64,000 nt of DNA, taken from positions 78,047-142,046 of the forward strand of contig JAOAEL010000003.1 in assembly GCA_026416845.1 (NCBI GenBank). Reading direction: 5' to 3'. Below, in pieces: positions 37,938 through 46,850 of the stretch; within the stretch, counting starts at the first letter, position 1, and every line of letters starts with the position of its first letter. The translations under genes were made by a program, and so were the position numbers. The stretch is from Patescibacteria group bacterium. Lineage in GTDB: Bacteria; Patescibacteriota; Microgenomatia; UBA8517. The notes beneath the pieces are model-generated. The model was not told the origin of the DNA. It worked only from the letters and a program-made list of their open reading frames with translations, and did not search any database.

Positions 37938-38219
37938 TTGATTACTACACTTAATCCCAGATGGTATTTAGTTAATATGGGAAGAGGAGATAGTGAAAGT
38001 CCCGAAACAGAATATATCAAGAGCACTGGCTGTAGGCACATTCAAGAAGTTATTGCTCGGATAGAAAAAGCTGGATTTAGTTTAGAAGAATTTAAAGGAA
38101 CCAATGCTTATGAGGAGTTGTTAAGAACTGTACAAACTGGAGAAATTTATGGGTTTGAAGCAGCACCGCGTAGAAACGAAGATAAAAATAACAGTCCGAG
38201 ACGTGGTAGTAGGAGTTGA
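37938..38219 (+). CDS. Small conserved protein, copy 2 (paralog of 35478-35924). Start may be the internal Met at 37977.
   Basis: See copy 1. Shares TGCRHIQ...GEIYGFEA. Basic, Arg-rich C-terminus. Confidence 0.35.
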   Translation: MITTLNPRWYLVNMGRGDSESPETEYIKSTGCRHIQEVIARIEKAGFSLEEFKGTNAYEELLRTVQTGEIYGFEAAPRRNEDKNNSPRRGSRS

Positions 38220-38277
38220 AGATGTGCCTGAATGCTACTAAAATCACTCTTTTCGCCGTAATTTTTATTTTATTTGT

Positions 38278-39084
38278 ATGTTGTCTATCCAAAATAATGT
38301 TGGGGTCTTCTTAAAAGAAAACAATCTTGACTTGTTTAAGTTGCTTGTTGTTTTGGCCAAAAAGCATGGGCAACGAATTGATGAGTTTTTTCCTGTTAAT
38401 CGTTTAAGTTCAGTTTACTATGCGATAATTTATACCGTTTTAGATGAAGATCTTGCCTTAATGGCTTTGGGTCAAATTAAAACGGCTTTTAATTGGATAG
38501 ATGGTATAGATGTTGCGATAGAAGGTGGCAATTTTGATGAAAATACTTTTCGTAACCATGAAGCAAAATTAAAATTAGAAAAAGAGGTTCCTACATCATT
38601 TTTAAAGTCGGTTTTGGAGAGAGTAGTTAGCCAATCAGTCCCAATGCTTATTTCTCAGACAAAGTTGTACCAGTATAAGATTGCAAACAACTTGCCATTT
38701 ACAGAAGAGGAAATTGTAAACTATCTTCGTATAAAATCTGCCGATTCTTATATCTATGGCGCCATCTTAGAGGGAATGATACCTGATTATATTTCTATTT
38801 TGCAGTCTCCTTTGTCGAAGTTATGGCAAATCAACGATTTAGTTGATGATTTTATTGATTATGACGATGATAAAAAAGACAACCAGCCCAATGCGTTGTC
38901 TATGATAGAAAATCTTCATGGCAGACAAGAATCTGTTTTTGATTACGCAAAAGCTTTTTTGGCAAGACAAAAAGAAGAGCTTGTAAAATTTGATTTACCA
39001 AAGGAAATTATTTATCTTGCTGATATGCCCAACATTATTGAAAGGGTAGGCATTAAGGTTTTAAGTAGCAGGTTTGGAAACTAG
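38278..39084 (+). CDS. ~270-aa all-helical protein with an acidic DDxIDYxDD motif, copy 2
   Basis: See 35936-36784. Collinear paralog (roughly 40-50% identity by eye). Confidence 0.5.
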   Translation: MLSIQNNVGVFLKENNLDLFKLLVVLAKKHGQRIDEFFPVNRLSSVYYAIIYTVLDEDLALMALGQIKTAFNWIDGIDVAIEGGNFDENTFRNHEAKLKLEKEVPTSFLKSVLERVVSQSVPMLISQTKLYQYKIANNLPFTEEEIVNYLRIKSADSYIYGAILEGMIPDYISILQSPLSKLWQINDLVDDFIDYDDDKKDNQPNALSMIENLHGRQESVFDYAKAFLARQKEELVKFDLPKEIIYLADMPNIIERVGIKVLSSRFGN

Positions 39085-39239
39085 AAATTAGATTTTGTGC
39101 TTGTTTTTTAATCTAGGAAATTTTTGTCTTTTGTTGTTTTGAGTATTGTCCTTCCTGAATTTGTATCTATTTTCTCTTGATTTGTTGATATGTTTTTGTA
39201 AAAATCTTTTGTGAACAGTTTTTAAAACTTTAAGTAAAC

Positions 39240-39638
39240 ATGAAAGGTTTTCATTCTGATATTGAAACTGAGACAAAAAGCAACACTTGCTTTAGGAAAG
39301 TGTTGTACACGGGTAGGTATAGCCAGCTGGTTTTAATGAGTTTAAAACCGGGAGAAGATATAGGTGAAGAGGTTCATCCTGAAAATGATCAGTTTTTCAG
39401 GATAGACGAAGGCGAAGGAAAATGTGTTATAGATGGCAATGAGTACGAGATTAAAGATGGCGATGCCATAGTTGTGCCTGCGGGGGCAAAACACAATGTT
39501 ATAAACACCTCAAAGACAAAATATCTTAAACTCTACACAATTTATTCGCCACCTCACCATAAAGATGGTATTATTCGCCAAACCAAAGAAGATGCTCTTC
39601 AAAACGAAACCCATTTTGATGGCGAAACCACAGAGTAA
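39240..39638 (+). CDS. Cupin domain protein
   Basis: QLVLMSLKPGEDIGEEVHPENDQFFRIDEGEGKCVIDGNEYEIKDGDAIVVPAGAKHNVINT is a typical cupin beta-barrel (metal-binding His spacing). Confidence 0.7.
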   Translation: MKGFHSDIETETKSNTCFRKVLYTGRYSQLVLMSLKPGEDIGEEVHPENDQFFRIDEGEGKCVIDGNEYEIKDGDAIVVPAGAKHNVINTSKTKYLKLYTIYSPPHHKDGIIRQTKEDALQNETHFDGETTE

Positions 39639-39759
39639 AGTTTTGCGCTTTTTAAATTAAATTAGATTTCTTTTAAATTATTTTATCCTTTCAGTAAATT
39701 ATCTTTATTTTCCTAATTAGTTTTGTATTTTGTTTGATGCAAAATTTGCCACTTGCAAT

Positions 39760-39779
39760 TATAGAACAATCGTTCTATA
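39760..39779. promoter_or_regulatory. Perfect 20-bp palindrome TATAGAAC-AATC-GTTCTATA, a candidate operator about 30 nt upstream of the DUF4397-like gene
   Basis: Seen directly. Length and symmetry are typical of helix-turn-helix dimer operators. A TetR-family regulator lies immediately downstream at 40549. Confidence 0.4.
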
Positions 39780-39810
39780 AATATTTCGTTTCAGAAAGGA
39801 GGTGAAGAAA

Positions 39811-40485
39811 GTGAGAAAAGCAATAACGTTTTTCTTTTTAGCGTTTTTGGCAATTGTTTTTGCCCCCAATAGCGCCTTCGCGTCTAGTGGAAACACGGTT
39901 GGTTATGTCAGAGTTTTGCATGCGTCTCCAGACGCTCCGTCTGTTGATGTGTATGTAAACGACAAAAAAGTGCTTTCAAATGTTGCCTTTGGAGCTAATT
40001 CTGAATATTTGGCTCTTAATAAAGGAACTTACAATGTGAAAGTTACTCCAGCCGGAACAAAAGTTCCTGTGGTGATAAATCAGGATATTCATGTGCAACG
40101 TGGCAAGTACTATACTGTGGCCGCGACGGGAAACTTGTCAAGCATATCGGCAACTGTATTGCGCGATAAAAATAAGCTTACCAAAAAGGACGATTTTGCT
40201 CGTGTCAGATTTGTGCATTTTTCTCCTGATGCGCCCAGAGTGGATATTGCCACTGCCGATGGCAAGGTAATTTTCTCTGATGTTGGCTTTGGGGAGAGAA
40301 ATAAGTACAAATCTTTGCCATCTGGAACCTATAATTTACAGGTAAGATTGGCGGGGACTAATACTGTTGTTCTTAATGTTCCCGGTGTAACAATATCTGA
40401 GGGCAAGTCTTATTCTATATTTGCGCTTGGGAGAGCGACAGGAAGCCCAAATCTTTTTGCAAAAGTTGTGCTTGATAGAGAATAA
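39811..40485 (+). CDS. Secreted protein with two DUF4397-like repeats
   Basis: GTG start 10 nt after an AGGAGG RBS. Signal peptide ITFFFLAFLAIVFAPNSAFASSG. Two homologous halves (VRVLHASPDAPSVDVYVNDKKV..GTYNVKV / VRFVHFSPDAPRVDIATADGKV..GTYNLQV). Confidence 0.5.
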   Translation: MRKAITFFFLAFLAIVFAPNSAFASSGNTVGYVRVLHASPDAPSVDVYVNDKKVLSNVAFGANSEYLALNKGTYNVKVTPAGTKVPVVINQDIHVQRGKYYTVAATGNLSSISATVLRDKNKLTKKDDFARVRFVHFSPDAPRVDIATADGKVIFSDVGFGERNKYKSLPSGTYNLQVRLAGTNTVVLNVPGVTISEGKSYSIFALGRATGSPNLFAKVVLDRE

Positions 40486-40499
40486 CTTTTGCAATTATT

Positions 40500-40545
40500 A
40501 TACGCCCGATGTGTTTTTATTTAATGCATTCGGGCGTATTTTATT
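40500..40545 (+). terminator. GC-rich 10-bp inverted repeat (atacgcccga...tcgggcgtat) followed by a T-rich run. Intrinsic terminator of the DUF4397 gene and/or operator of the adjacent TetR gene.
   Basis: Perfect 10-bp stem with a 20-nt loop, then tttattattatg leading straight into the ATG of the TetR gene at 40549. Confidence 0.45.
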
Positions 40546-40548
40546 ATT

Positions 40549-41115
40549 ATGAAAAATCTTGAAAACAAAAATAAAATTTTGGAGAAACTGGAAGAAGTAT
40601 ATGCGAGAAACGGCGCTGATGGAGCCACAATGCGGTCATTGGCTAAAAAAATAGGCATTTCTCAATCTGTTTTGTACTATTATTTTGAAAATAAAGAGCA
40701 AATGCTTAGAGAAATGTTTGATTATTCAAGAAAAAAACTAAGTATAAAACGCAAGAAATTAAGATTGAACTTGCCTTTTGATCAGTCGTTGTTGGAAAGG
40801 ATTATTTTTCAGCTTGAGAATTCATGCTCTGTTGTGGCAATTTTAAAATATTTTCTAGAGCATAAATCAGTTTTTAACAAAAACGATTTTGGTTATATTC
40901 CTAAAACAGCATATCTTCACATAAAAGAGATATTGGAAATTGGCATAGAAAGGAAAGAGATAAAAAATGTAAGCGATATCGACGCTGACGCAAAAGTTAT
41001 AACCCATGCAATCAATGGCTTTGTGCTTGAATATTATCCTTCAAATTTGACTAAATCCGAAGCAAGAAGCATTGCTGTCAGAATTAGAGATTTTGTAATG
41101 AGGGCCGTTTTGTGA
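40549..41115 (+). CDS. TetR/AcrR family transcriptional regulator
   Basis: N-terminal HTH: GADGATMRSLAKKIGISQSVLYYYFENKEQML (TetR_N signature). Confidence 0.75.
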   Translation: MKNLENKNKILEKLEEVYARNGADGATMRSLAKKIGISQSVLYYYFENKEQMLREMFDYSRKKLSIKRKKLRLNLPFDQSLLERIIFQLENSCSVVAILKYFLEHKSVFNKNDFGYIPKTAYLHIKEILEIGIERKEIKNVSDIDADAKVITHAINGFVLEYYPSNLTKSEARSIAVRIRDFVMRAVL

Positions 41116-41231
41116 TAATGGTGTTTTATATCAAAACTGATCTTTAATCGTGTTGTTATCTAGTTTTTAAATAAGCAAAAATGATTTCCTCTGTGCAAAA
41201 GAAAAAACTTCTAGATAACTATCTGGCAATT

Positions 41232-42056
41232 TTATTCAGACTTTTTGACAACTATCGTGTAATCTTGATTGCTGAAGTTTGGTTCTTTGATTACAACTAC
41301 ATTCGTATTCCTTCTTAGACTATTCAGGCCAGCATTTTCTATTAATGGATTCACGCAATAGTCTATTGCTAAATGTCCATTTTCATTTAAAACATCGATT
41401 GTTCTTTTTATAAAAGCTTGGAGTTTTTTTACATCTTCTTCAAATGCATCAATCATTCCTCCGCCTGCATCACAGATTACAAAGTCTGCTTTACGTCCAG
41501 AGAGAATTATTTCCATCTTTTCCCATGTTGTTTGGTCATTTATATCTCCATGTATATAATAAATTCCGTTTCCAGCATCTTCTTCTATTTCTTCTTGGCT
41601 TCTTAAATCTTCTCCTAGTCCAACTGCTATGTAAATCCCCGTAGGGGCGCCTCTTTTTTTAAGACTTTTGATCATTTCAGGTCCTGATAAAAGATCTATA
41701 ACTACAACAGGTCGTCCCTCTTTTTTGTGAAGTTGTTCTAGCGCTGACTTAAGCGGTTCAAGTTCGTTTGTAGGTAGTCTAAGTGCGTCTGCCAGCGCCG
41801 ATTCAGTGTTTGCGTATAACGCTCGGCCATATGTTGGATATGCTATGCGGTTCGGGTTTAATTCTGAGGACTGATGTACAGGTTTTAGCAGGCCATTCAG
41901 AATAAGCATACCGGTATGTCTGGTCATCTTGCCGCTATCTATTTGTTCCATCATAATTTGCTTGATTGTTTCTATGACTGGGCGATTATTTTCTTGATTA
42001 TTTGTCTCTCCCTCTTTGCCTGTTTGAAGATCTGCAAAAGAATGACTTTCTGACAT
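41232..42056 (-). CDS. Putative SAM-dependent methyltransferase (FtsJ/RrmJ-like Rossmann fold)
   Basis: Weak resemblance to FtsJ motifs: GRPVVVIDLLSGPE (SAM-binding G-loop region) and ADFVICDAGGGM (FtsJ DVVLSDMAPN-like block). No stronger evidence. Confidence 0.35.
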   Translation of the reverse strand: MSESHSFADLQTGKEGETNNQENNRPVIETIKQIMMEQIDSGKMTRHTGMLILNGLLKPVHQSSELNPNRIAYPTYGRALYANTESALADALRLPTNELEPLKSALEQLHKKEGRPVVVIDLLSGPEMIKSLKKRGAPTGIYIAVGLGEDLRSQEEIEEDAGNGIYYIHGDINDQTTWEKMEIILSGRKADFVICDAGGGMIDAFEEDVKKLQAFIKRTIDVLNENGHLAIDYCVNPLIENAGLNSLRRNTNVVVIKEPNFSNQDYTIVVKKSE

Positions 42057-42478
42057 ATTAGTTGTTTTGTTTTATTTTGAATGGCAAATGATAGATAAAT
42101 TATAGCTTTATATCATAATAGCCTAATATGGAAATTGGTGATTGTCCAACCAATTCAGATTTAAATCATGGCAAGTTTACAAAAGATGCAGGAAAGGGAA
42201 AAATTCGAGTTTAAAATAATTTTATGTGAAAGATTAAGTTATCAAGAGAAAACTTGTTATTTGAGACAAAGTTTTTGTGAAAAACATTTTTAGGTACAGG
42301 AACTATCCTGTAGATAAAATTTAGATCATTATAGTTATTCTTTAACTAAGATTTTTGATTTTGGTGGTAAGTGGTAAATAAACTCTAATAAGTTACAATT
42401 GTTTAAAATGGCACTTAATAATGATCAAGACAGTTCAAATCTAAAGAATTACACTTTTTAAATGAGACAAGGAAGAAA

Positions 42479-43093
42479 GTGCAACCTTCAAGCTTTCTCG
42501 ACAGCGAACCTGGATTAAGCGAAACCTTGTTACCTAGAAACGAAGTTTTGCAGAAAAACATTTTTGCACGCAGTAGAAAAACAAAATCCTTGACTCTATT
42601 AACTTTGGTTGCAGTTCCTGTTGTAGCTTTGTTAAATTATCTTTTATTTACTAATCAAACTAGCCAATTTGAATTGCCTTTGAATAATCTGGAAACTATT
42701 GATCAAGCTGTTAAAGATGATTACATTACACCGATAAACAATAATAGTACTTTCTACCAAATTGATGGTACCAAAGACTTGAAAGTCAAGGACACTAAAA
42801 AGCTTTTCGTTAAATTTGGCAGTAAAAAGTTTATTTACCCTCCGCTTTATTTTGATCGCGATATTGATGATAAAGCTTATCATCAACTTAATGATAAAAG
42901 TTTGCAATCTTTTGAATTTTATAAAGTTGGAGAAGTTTTTGGGATTGCGGAATCTGATAACAAAATTGGAGATTTGATTCTGGTAGAGTTTAAACCTGAT
43001 TGGCATTGTAAGGGATTAATTGTGAAGATAAATTTTATTTGCGGTATATTAAAAGCAAAAAAAGGTAAATTTTTTGCCCAAAATATCATTTGA
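42479..43093 (+). CDS. Hypothetical membrane-anchored protein (GTG start)
   Basis: TM near the N-terminus (LTLLTLVAVPVVALLNYLLF). Otherwise no motifs. Confidence 0.3.
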   Translation: MQPSSFLDSEPGLSETLLPRNEVLQKNIFARSRKTKSLTLLTLVAVPVVALLNYLLFTNQTSQFELPLNNLETIDQAVKDDYITPINNNSTFYQIDGTKDLKVKDTKKLFVKFGSKKFIYPPLYFDRDIDDKAYHQLNDKSLQSFEFYKVGEVFGIAESDNKIGDLILVEFKPDWHCKGLIVKINFICGILKAKKGKFFAQNII

Positions 43094-43424
43094 TGATTCA
43101 GACTTTGAGGATTATTTCTCCAAAATCAACCCTTTCAAAACAAAAGGTCTTAAGTTAAATGTTGACAGTTTTAGCACAATTCCTGTTTTGGAATATCATC
43201 GAGAAATTATGGTTGGTGATGATGCTCAAATTTTAAAGTTTGACAAAGAACATGAGGGATTATTAGATAAAAGCAAATTAGTTAAATTTTTTAACCACTC
43301 GGTGTTTGGCGATGTATACATGATAAAGCCCGGTTTTGGTTTGAGAGTTGGTTTTATTTATGATGAAGAAAACGCAAAAATTATTTACAATTTACCAGCT
43401 GTAAGGGTCCTGAATGTTTTTTGA
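43074..43424 (+). CDS. Hypothetical protein
   Basis: 116-aa ORF overlapping the previous gene's end. Operon-like packing. Confidence 0.3.
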   Translation: MPKISFDDSDFEDYFSKINPFKTKGLKLNVDSFSTIPVLEYHREIMVGDDAQILKFDKEHEGLLDKSKLVKFFNHSVFGDVYMIKPGFGLRVGFIYDEENAKIIYNLPAVRVLNVF

Positions 43425-43461
43425 AAAATTACTTTTTTATATTTAGATCAGATGGCATTTT

Positions 43462-43908
43462 TTGACTTTTGTATATAGGCCTGATTTTCTTGTCAAAGAC
43501 ATAGTTTGGAACGATAATAGCAAAGTTGAATTTGATTATTATTCCTTCACTGCTTGCGGTTGTAAGCACCTTGCTCTTAATGATATTAAAGATTTGATAA
43601 AAATTGACAGGGTGCTGGGTAAAGGTTATTTAATGTACGGTTTGAAAGAAAGAAATCATCAGATACTTCGTAGTTTTTACATTTCTTATAGCAAGCATTT
43701 TAAAGATATTGCCATTTTCCCGAATGAATCAGAAAGAGATATAAAATCTTTTGATGATTTTGTCAATTCTAAGCCAATGTTTTTCTGGAGAGATAATTTT
43801 GGGAGATTAATTCAGTTCAGTAGTCATGAATTCATACTCCCGCTTTTTTGTGAACCCATAATATATCTTTATTCCGAGAAAGAAACTAAGCATTGGCAGG
43901 AAAGTTAA
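43462..43908 (+). CDS. Hypothetical protein
   Basis: 148-aa ORF, same strand and operon context. Confidence 0.3.
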   Translation: MTFVYRPDFLVKDIVWNDNSKVEFDYYSFTACGCKHLALNDIKDLIKIDRVLGKGYLMYGLKERNHQILRSFYISYSKHFKDIAIFPNESERDIKSFDDFVNSKPMFFWRDNFGRLIQFSSHEFILPLFCEPIIYLYSEKETKHWQES

Positions 43909-43948
43909 GGTAACTGACTCGCATCCTTACTAAGATGGTGGATGGAAT

Positions 43949-44233
43949 TTGGTGGTTTCTCCTTCAGGAAGTATTAAAGACAAAAAAAGCGAGAGAGTTT
44001 ACCCTTATCTCTTTTGGGAAGGTTGTTCTTTTGTGTTTCGGCAAAAGAGGGGAGGCTTTGTTGTCGAGAGGGAAGATGTTGAAGACTTTTTATCAAGCGC
44101 TTTGATTAAACTTGGTTTAAACGAAAAAGAGAAAGATGATTTTCTTTTGGCTTGGTTGCCAAAATTTCAAGACTCTCCTTATTACTTTATTACCTTTTTA
44201 GAAAAAGACTATGTTGACAGACTTTTCCTGTAA
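43949..44233 (+). CDS. Hypothetical protein
   Basis: 94-aa ORF, same strand and operon context. Confidence 0.25.
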   Translation: MVVSPSGSIKDKKSERVYPYLFWEGCSFVFRQKRGGFVVEREDVEDFLSSALIKLGLNEKEKDDFLLAWLPKFQDSPYYFITFLEKDYVDRLFL

Positions 44234-44636
44234 ATGTTTTACCCCAAGCCTGATACTTTCATCAGGGTATTTATGGATTTTATCCTTATCTGTGCCGGTT
44301 GCAGTAAAAGATCCCTTACTGAAAGACTCGCCTACTAGAAAAGGCTTTACTGTGGTTGAGTGGGGAGTAGCAAGGAGGTAAGCCAATCTGTTGACCTTGG
44401 TAGATTATTTATTTCTGTTCTAAACGGACCATTGGTTAATTGTTGATGTTTGTTGTGCATTTACTCAAACTGCTAGTTTTTTCCGAGAATCATAATTGGG
44501 TGAAGACAGCAACTCTGTTAGCAGTTCGTCATTGCTTTTGGATTGTATTTCTGCACCCGGTCTACTGCCTTTGGGTTGGAAGATTTGGGGTGGCGAAATT
44601 GTTTTTTAACCTTCGTCATTGTTAAAGTTATTATTG

Positions 44637-44888
44637 TCATATTTTTTTATCTTTTCTTTCGAATATAGGAGTTGATTGGTTTTTTTCTGGTCCAAGTTCT
44701 TTATATGCTATAGATCCTTCAGATTTATATTTCAAATATTGTAGTATTTTTAGGTATTTGGGTTGTACGAAAGTAGATATTCTTTTTACTCCTCTTTCTT
44801 TTGCTATTGTTTCTGTTAATTCTGTTAAAAGTATTCCGTAGACCTTATTTTGATGTTCTAAAGGTACGCCTATGTCTTCTATTATCAT
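44637..44888 (-). pseudogene. GNAT-family N-acetyltransferase remnant (C-terminal ~80 aa only)
   Basis: HQNKVYGILLTELTETIAKERGVKRISTFVQPKYLKILQYLKYK resembles the GNAT acetyl-CoA-binding motif A (Q/RxxGxG/A) and the following helix. No N-terminal half is present. Confidence 0.35.
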
Positions 44889-45000
44889 GGAATTACCGTC
44901 TTTTGTGGAAAACTTAATTCTTCAAACTTTTCTGTGTTTATATCTAAATCTTGATTTTTGTCTTGTTTTTGGTTTTTTGTTAGTTGTTTTGCTGAGTTGA

Positions 45001-45765
45001 TTATTCTCGAGGTTTGCCTCTAATTTCTTCTAGAAATTTTCTGAATTTTTTTAACATTTCTCTCTCTTGATATCTTTTTGCTACTTCATAACCCATCTCT
45101 TGCAAATGCTTTATTATGATCTCAATTTCTTTCTCCCTCGCTTCCTCCTCTGTTATTTTGCCTTCCTCTCTTTGTTTTTTTACACTTTCTATTTTTCCTA
45201 GTAGCTCATCCAGAAAACGAACACTTGAACCAACACCTTCTTCTTTACACTGTTTGTAAGCTTCTAGAGCCTGAAGTTTGGCACGAATCTCACTTTCAAG
45301 GTGTTCTTCTTCGTTCATGCTTCTTGGTTTACCTTCTTTATTAGCTATTTCTTGTAAGTCTCGGAAGTGTGACCATTCTTCAGCTAGCACAGCATAAATA
45401 TATGCTGGGTTGTGTCTTTTCAGAATAAAACTTGAATCTATCCTGATTTGTATTAAACCTTCTTCGGAGATGTAAACTTCCGCGTTATTGGAGGGGGTTT
45501 TTGATTGTTTTGGTATTTCTCCAACTACTACTTGGTCGGCAAAGTTTTCACCTTTCCTTATAGATTCATAACCTTTTGCTATCTCTGCCAATTTGCCTCC
45601 TCTGGTTTTCATGTCTTGGATATAGCTTAATAATTTTAGGGCTGCTTCTCTTATTTCTTGTTGTTTGTTTGCATCTTCAGCTTTCTGCCCTTGAGCGGGA
45701 GCGTTTTCGTTTTCTGCGTTTTGGTTTGGAAATGGTTCGCTATCAGGATCCATAGCATTTTGCAT
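45001..45765 (-). CDS. Hypothetical E/K-rich protein, higher GC than the genome background
   Basis: 254-aa ORF with likely coiled-coil-rich composition. No motif recognised. Confidence 0.4.
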   Translation of the reverse strand: MQNAMDPDSEPFPNQNAENENAPAQGQKAEDANKQQEIREAALKLLSYIQDMKTRGGKLAEIAKGYESIRKGENFADQVVVGEIPKQSKTPSNNAEVYISEEGLIQIRIDSSFILKRHNPAYIYAVLAEEWSHFRDLQEIANKEGKPRSMNEEEHLESEIRAKLQALEAYKQCKEEGVGSSVRFLDELLGKIESVKKQREEGKITEEEAREKEIEIIIKHLQEMGYEVAKRYQEREMLKKFRKFLEEIRGKPRE

Positions 45766-45954
45766 TTTATGATATTGTGTTTAGCGCTTTTTTGCAATAA
45801 TATTGTTTTTAAGTTTACTTGTATATATAATGATTGTACTTGGGTTTTAGTTTTGTCTGCTCTATCTTGACTTGTAGTGCGAAGAATTAAAGTTATTAAA
45901 TCTTTTACTAATAACTAAAAATATATTTTTTTATATTATTTATATTAATGTTTT

Positions 45955-46809
45955 ATGTTTAAAACAACTCTTTATCTTTCGGTTTTAACCGGGCTTTTAA
46001 TATTTGTGGGATACCTTCTTGGTGGAAAGGGAGGCATGTTTGTGGCATTTTTGATTTCTTTAACCATGAACATTGGTAGCTACTGGTTCTCGGACAAAAT
46101 CGTTTTGGCAATGCATGGAGCTAAACAAATTACAGAGAAGAAAAACAAAGAAATTTTTGAAATGACTAGAACACTTTGTAAGTCTGCGGGTATTCCTATG
46201 CCCAAGCTTTATATTTATGAAAGCGCCACTCCAAATGCTTTTGCAACAGGAAGAGATTATAATCATTCAGCTGTTGCGTTAAGTACTGGTTTGTTGTCTC
46301 TTTTGGACAAAAGAGAGCTTCGTGGGGTGATTGCCCATGAACTTGCGCATATTAAAAACAGAGATATTTTGATTTCATCTGTGGCAGCAACAATTGGTGG
46401 GGCCTTGTCTGTTATTGTTGAGATGTCTTACGGTTTGGGAGCTATGCTTTTTCCTTCAAATAATGATGAGGAAAATTCAAATCCTATTGCCGGTCTTGTG
46501 GTTGCTATTATTGCGCCAATTGTAGCGATGCTTATCCAGTTTGCCATATCAAGGTCTAGAGAGTTTGAAGCGGATGCAACAGGAGCGAAAATTGCCAATG
46601 ATACGCAAGGATTGTCTTTAGCTCTTGCTAAATTGCATTCAACGCAAGCAAAGCAACTTTTCATGCGTGATCAACACCACGCGGCTCATATAGCTAGCGC
46701 TCATATGTATATTGCAAATCCTTTATCTTCTATTGGCAATTTATTTTCTACTCACCCTCCTGTTAAAGAAAGGATAGAAAAACTTAAAAAATTAGTTTTA
46801 ATTAATTAA
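45955..46809 (+). CDS. htpX: Zinc metalloprotease HtpX (M48 family)
   Basis: HEXXH in GVIAHELAHIKNRD. Two N-terminal TM helices. C-terminal FSTHPPVKERIEKL typical of HtpX. Confidence 0.85.
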   Translation: MFKTTLYLSVLTGLLIFVGYLLGGKGGMFVAFLISLTMNIGSYWFSDKIVLAMHGAKQITEKKNKEIFEMTRTLCKSAGIPMPKLYIYESATPNAFATGRDYNHSAVALSTGLLSLLDKRELRGVIAHELAHIKNRDILISSVAATIGGALSVIVEMSYGLGAMLFPSNNDEENSNPIAGLVVAIIAPIVAMLIQFAISRSREFEADATGAKIANDTQGLSLALAKLHSTQAKQLFMRDQHHAAHIASAHMYIANPLSSIGNLFSTHPPVKERIEKLKKLVLIN

Positions 46810-46850
46810 CATTTTGTGTTATTTATAGGTTTATTTTAGGTATTTTGTAA

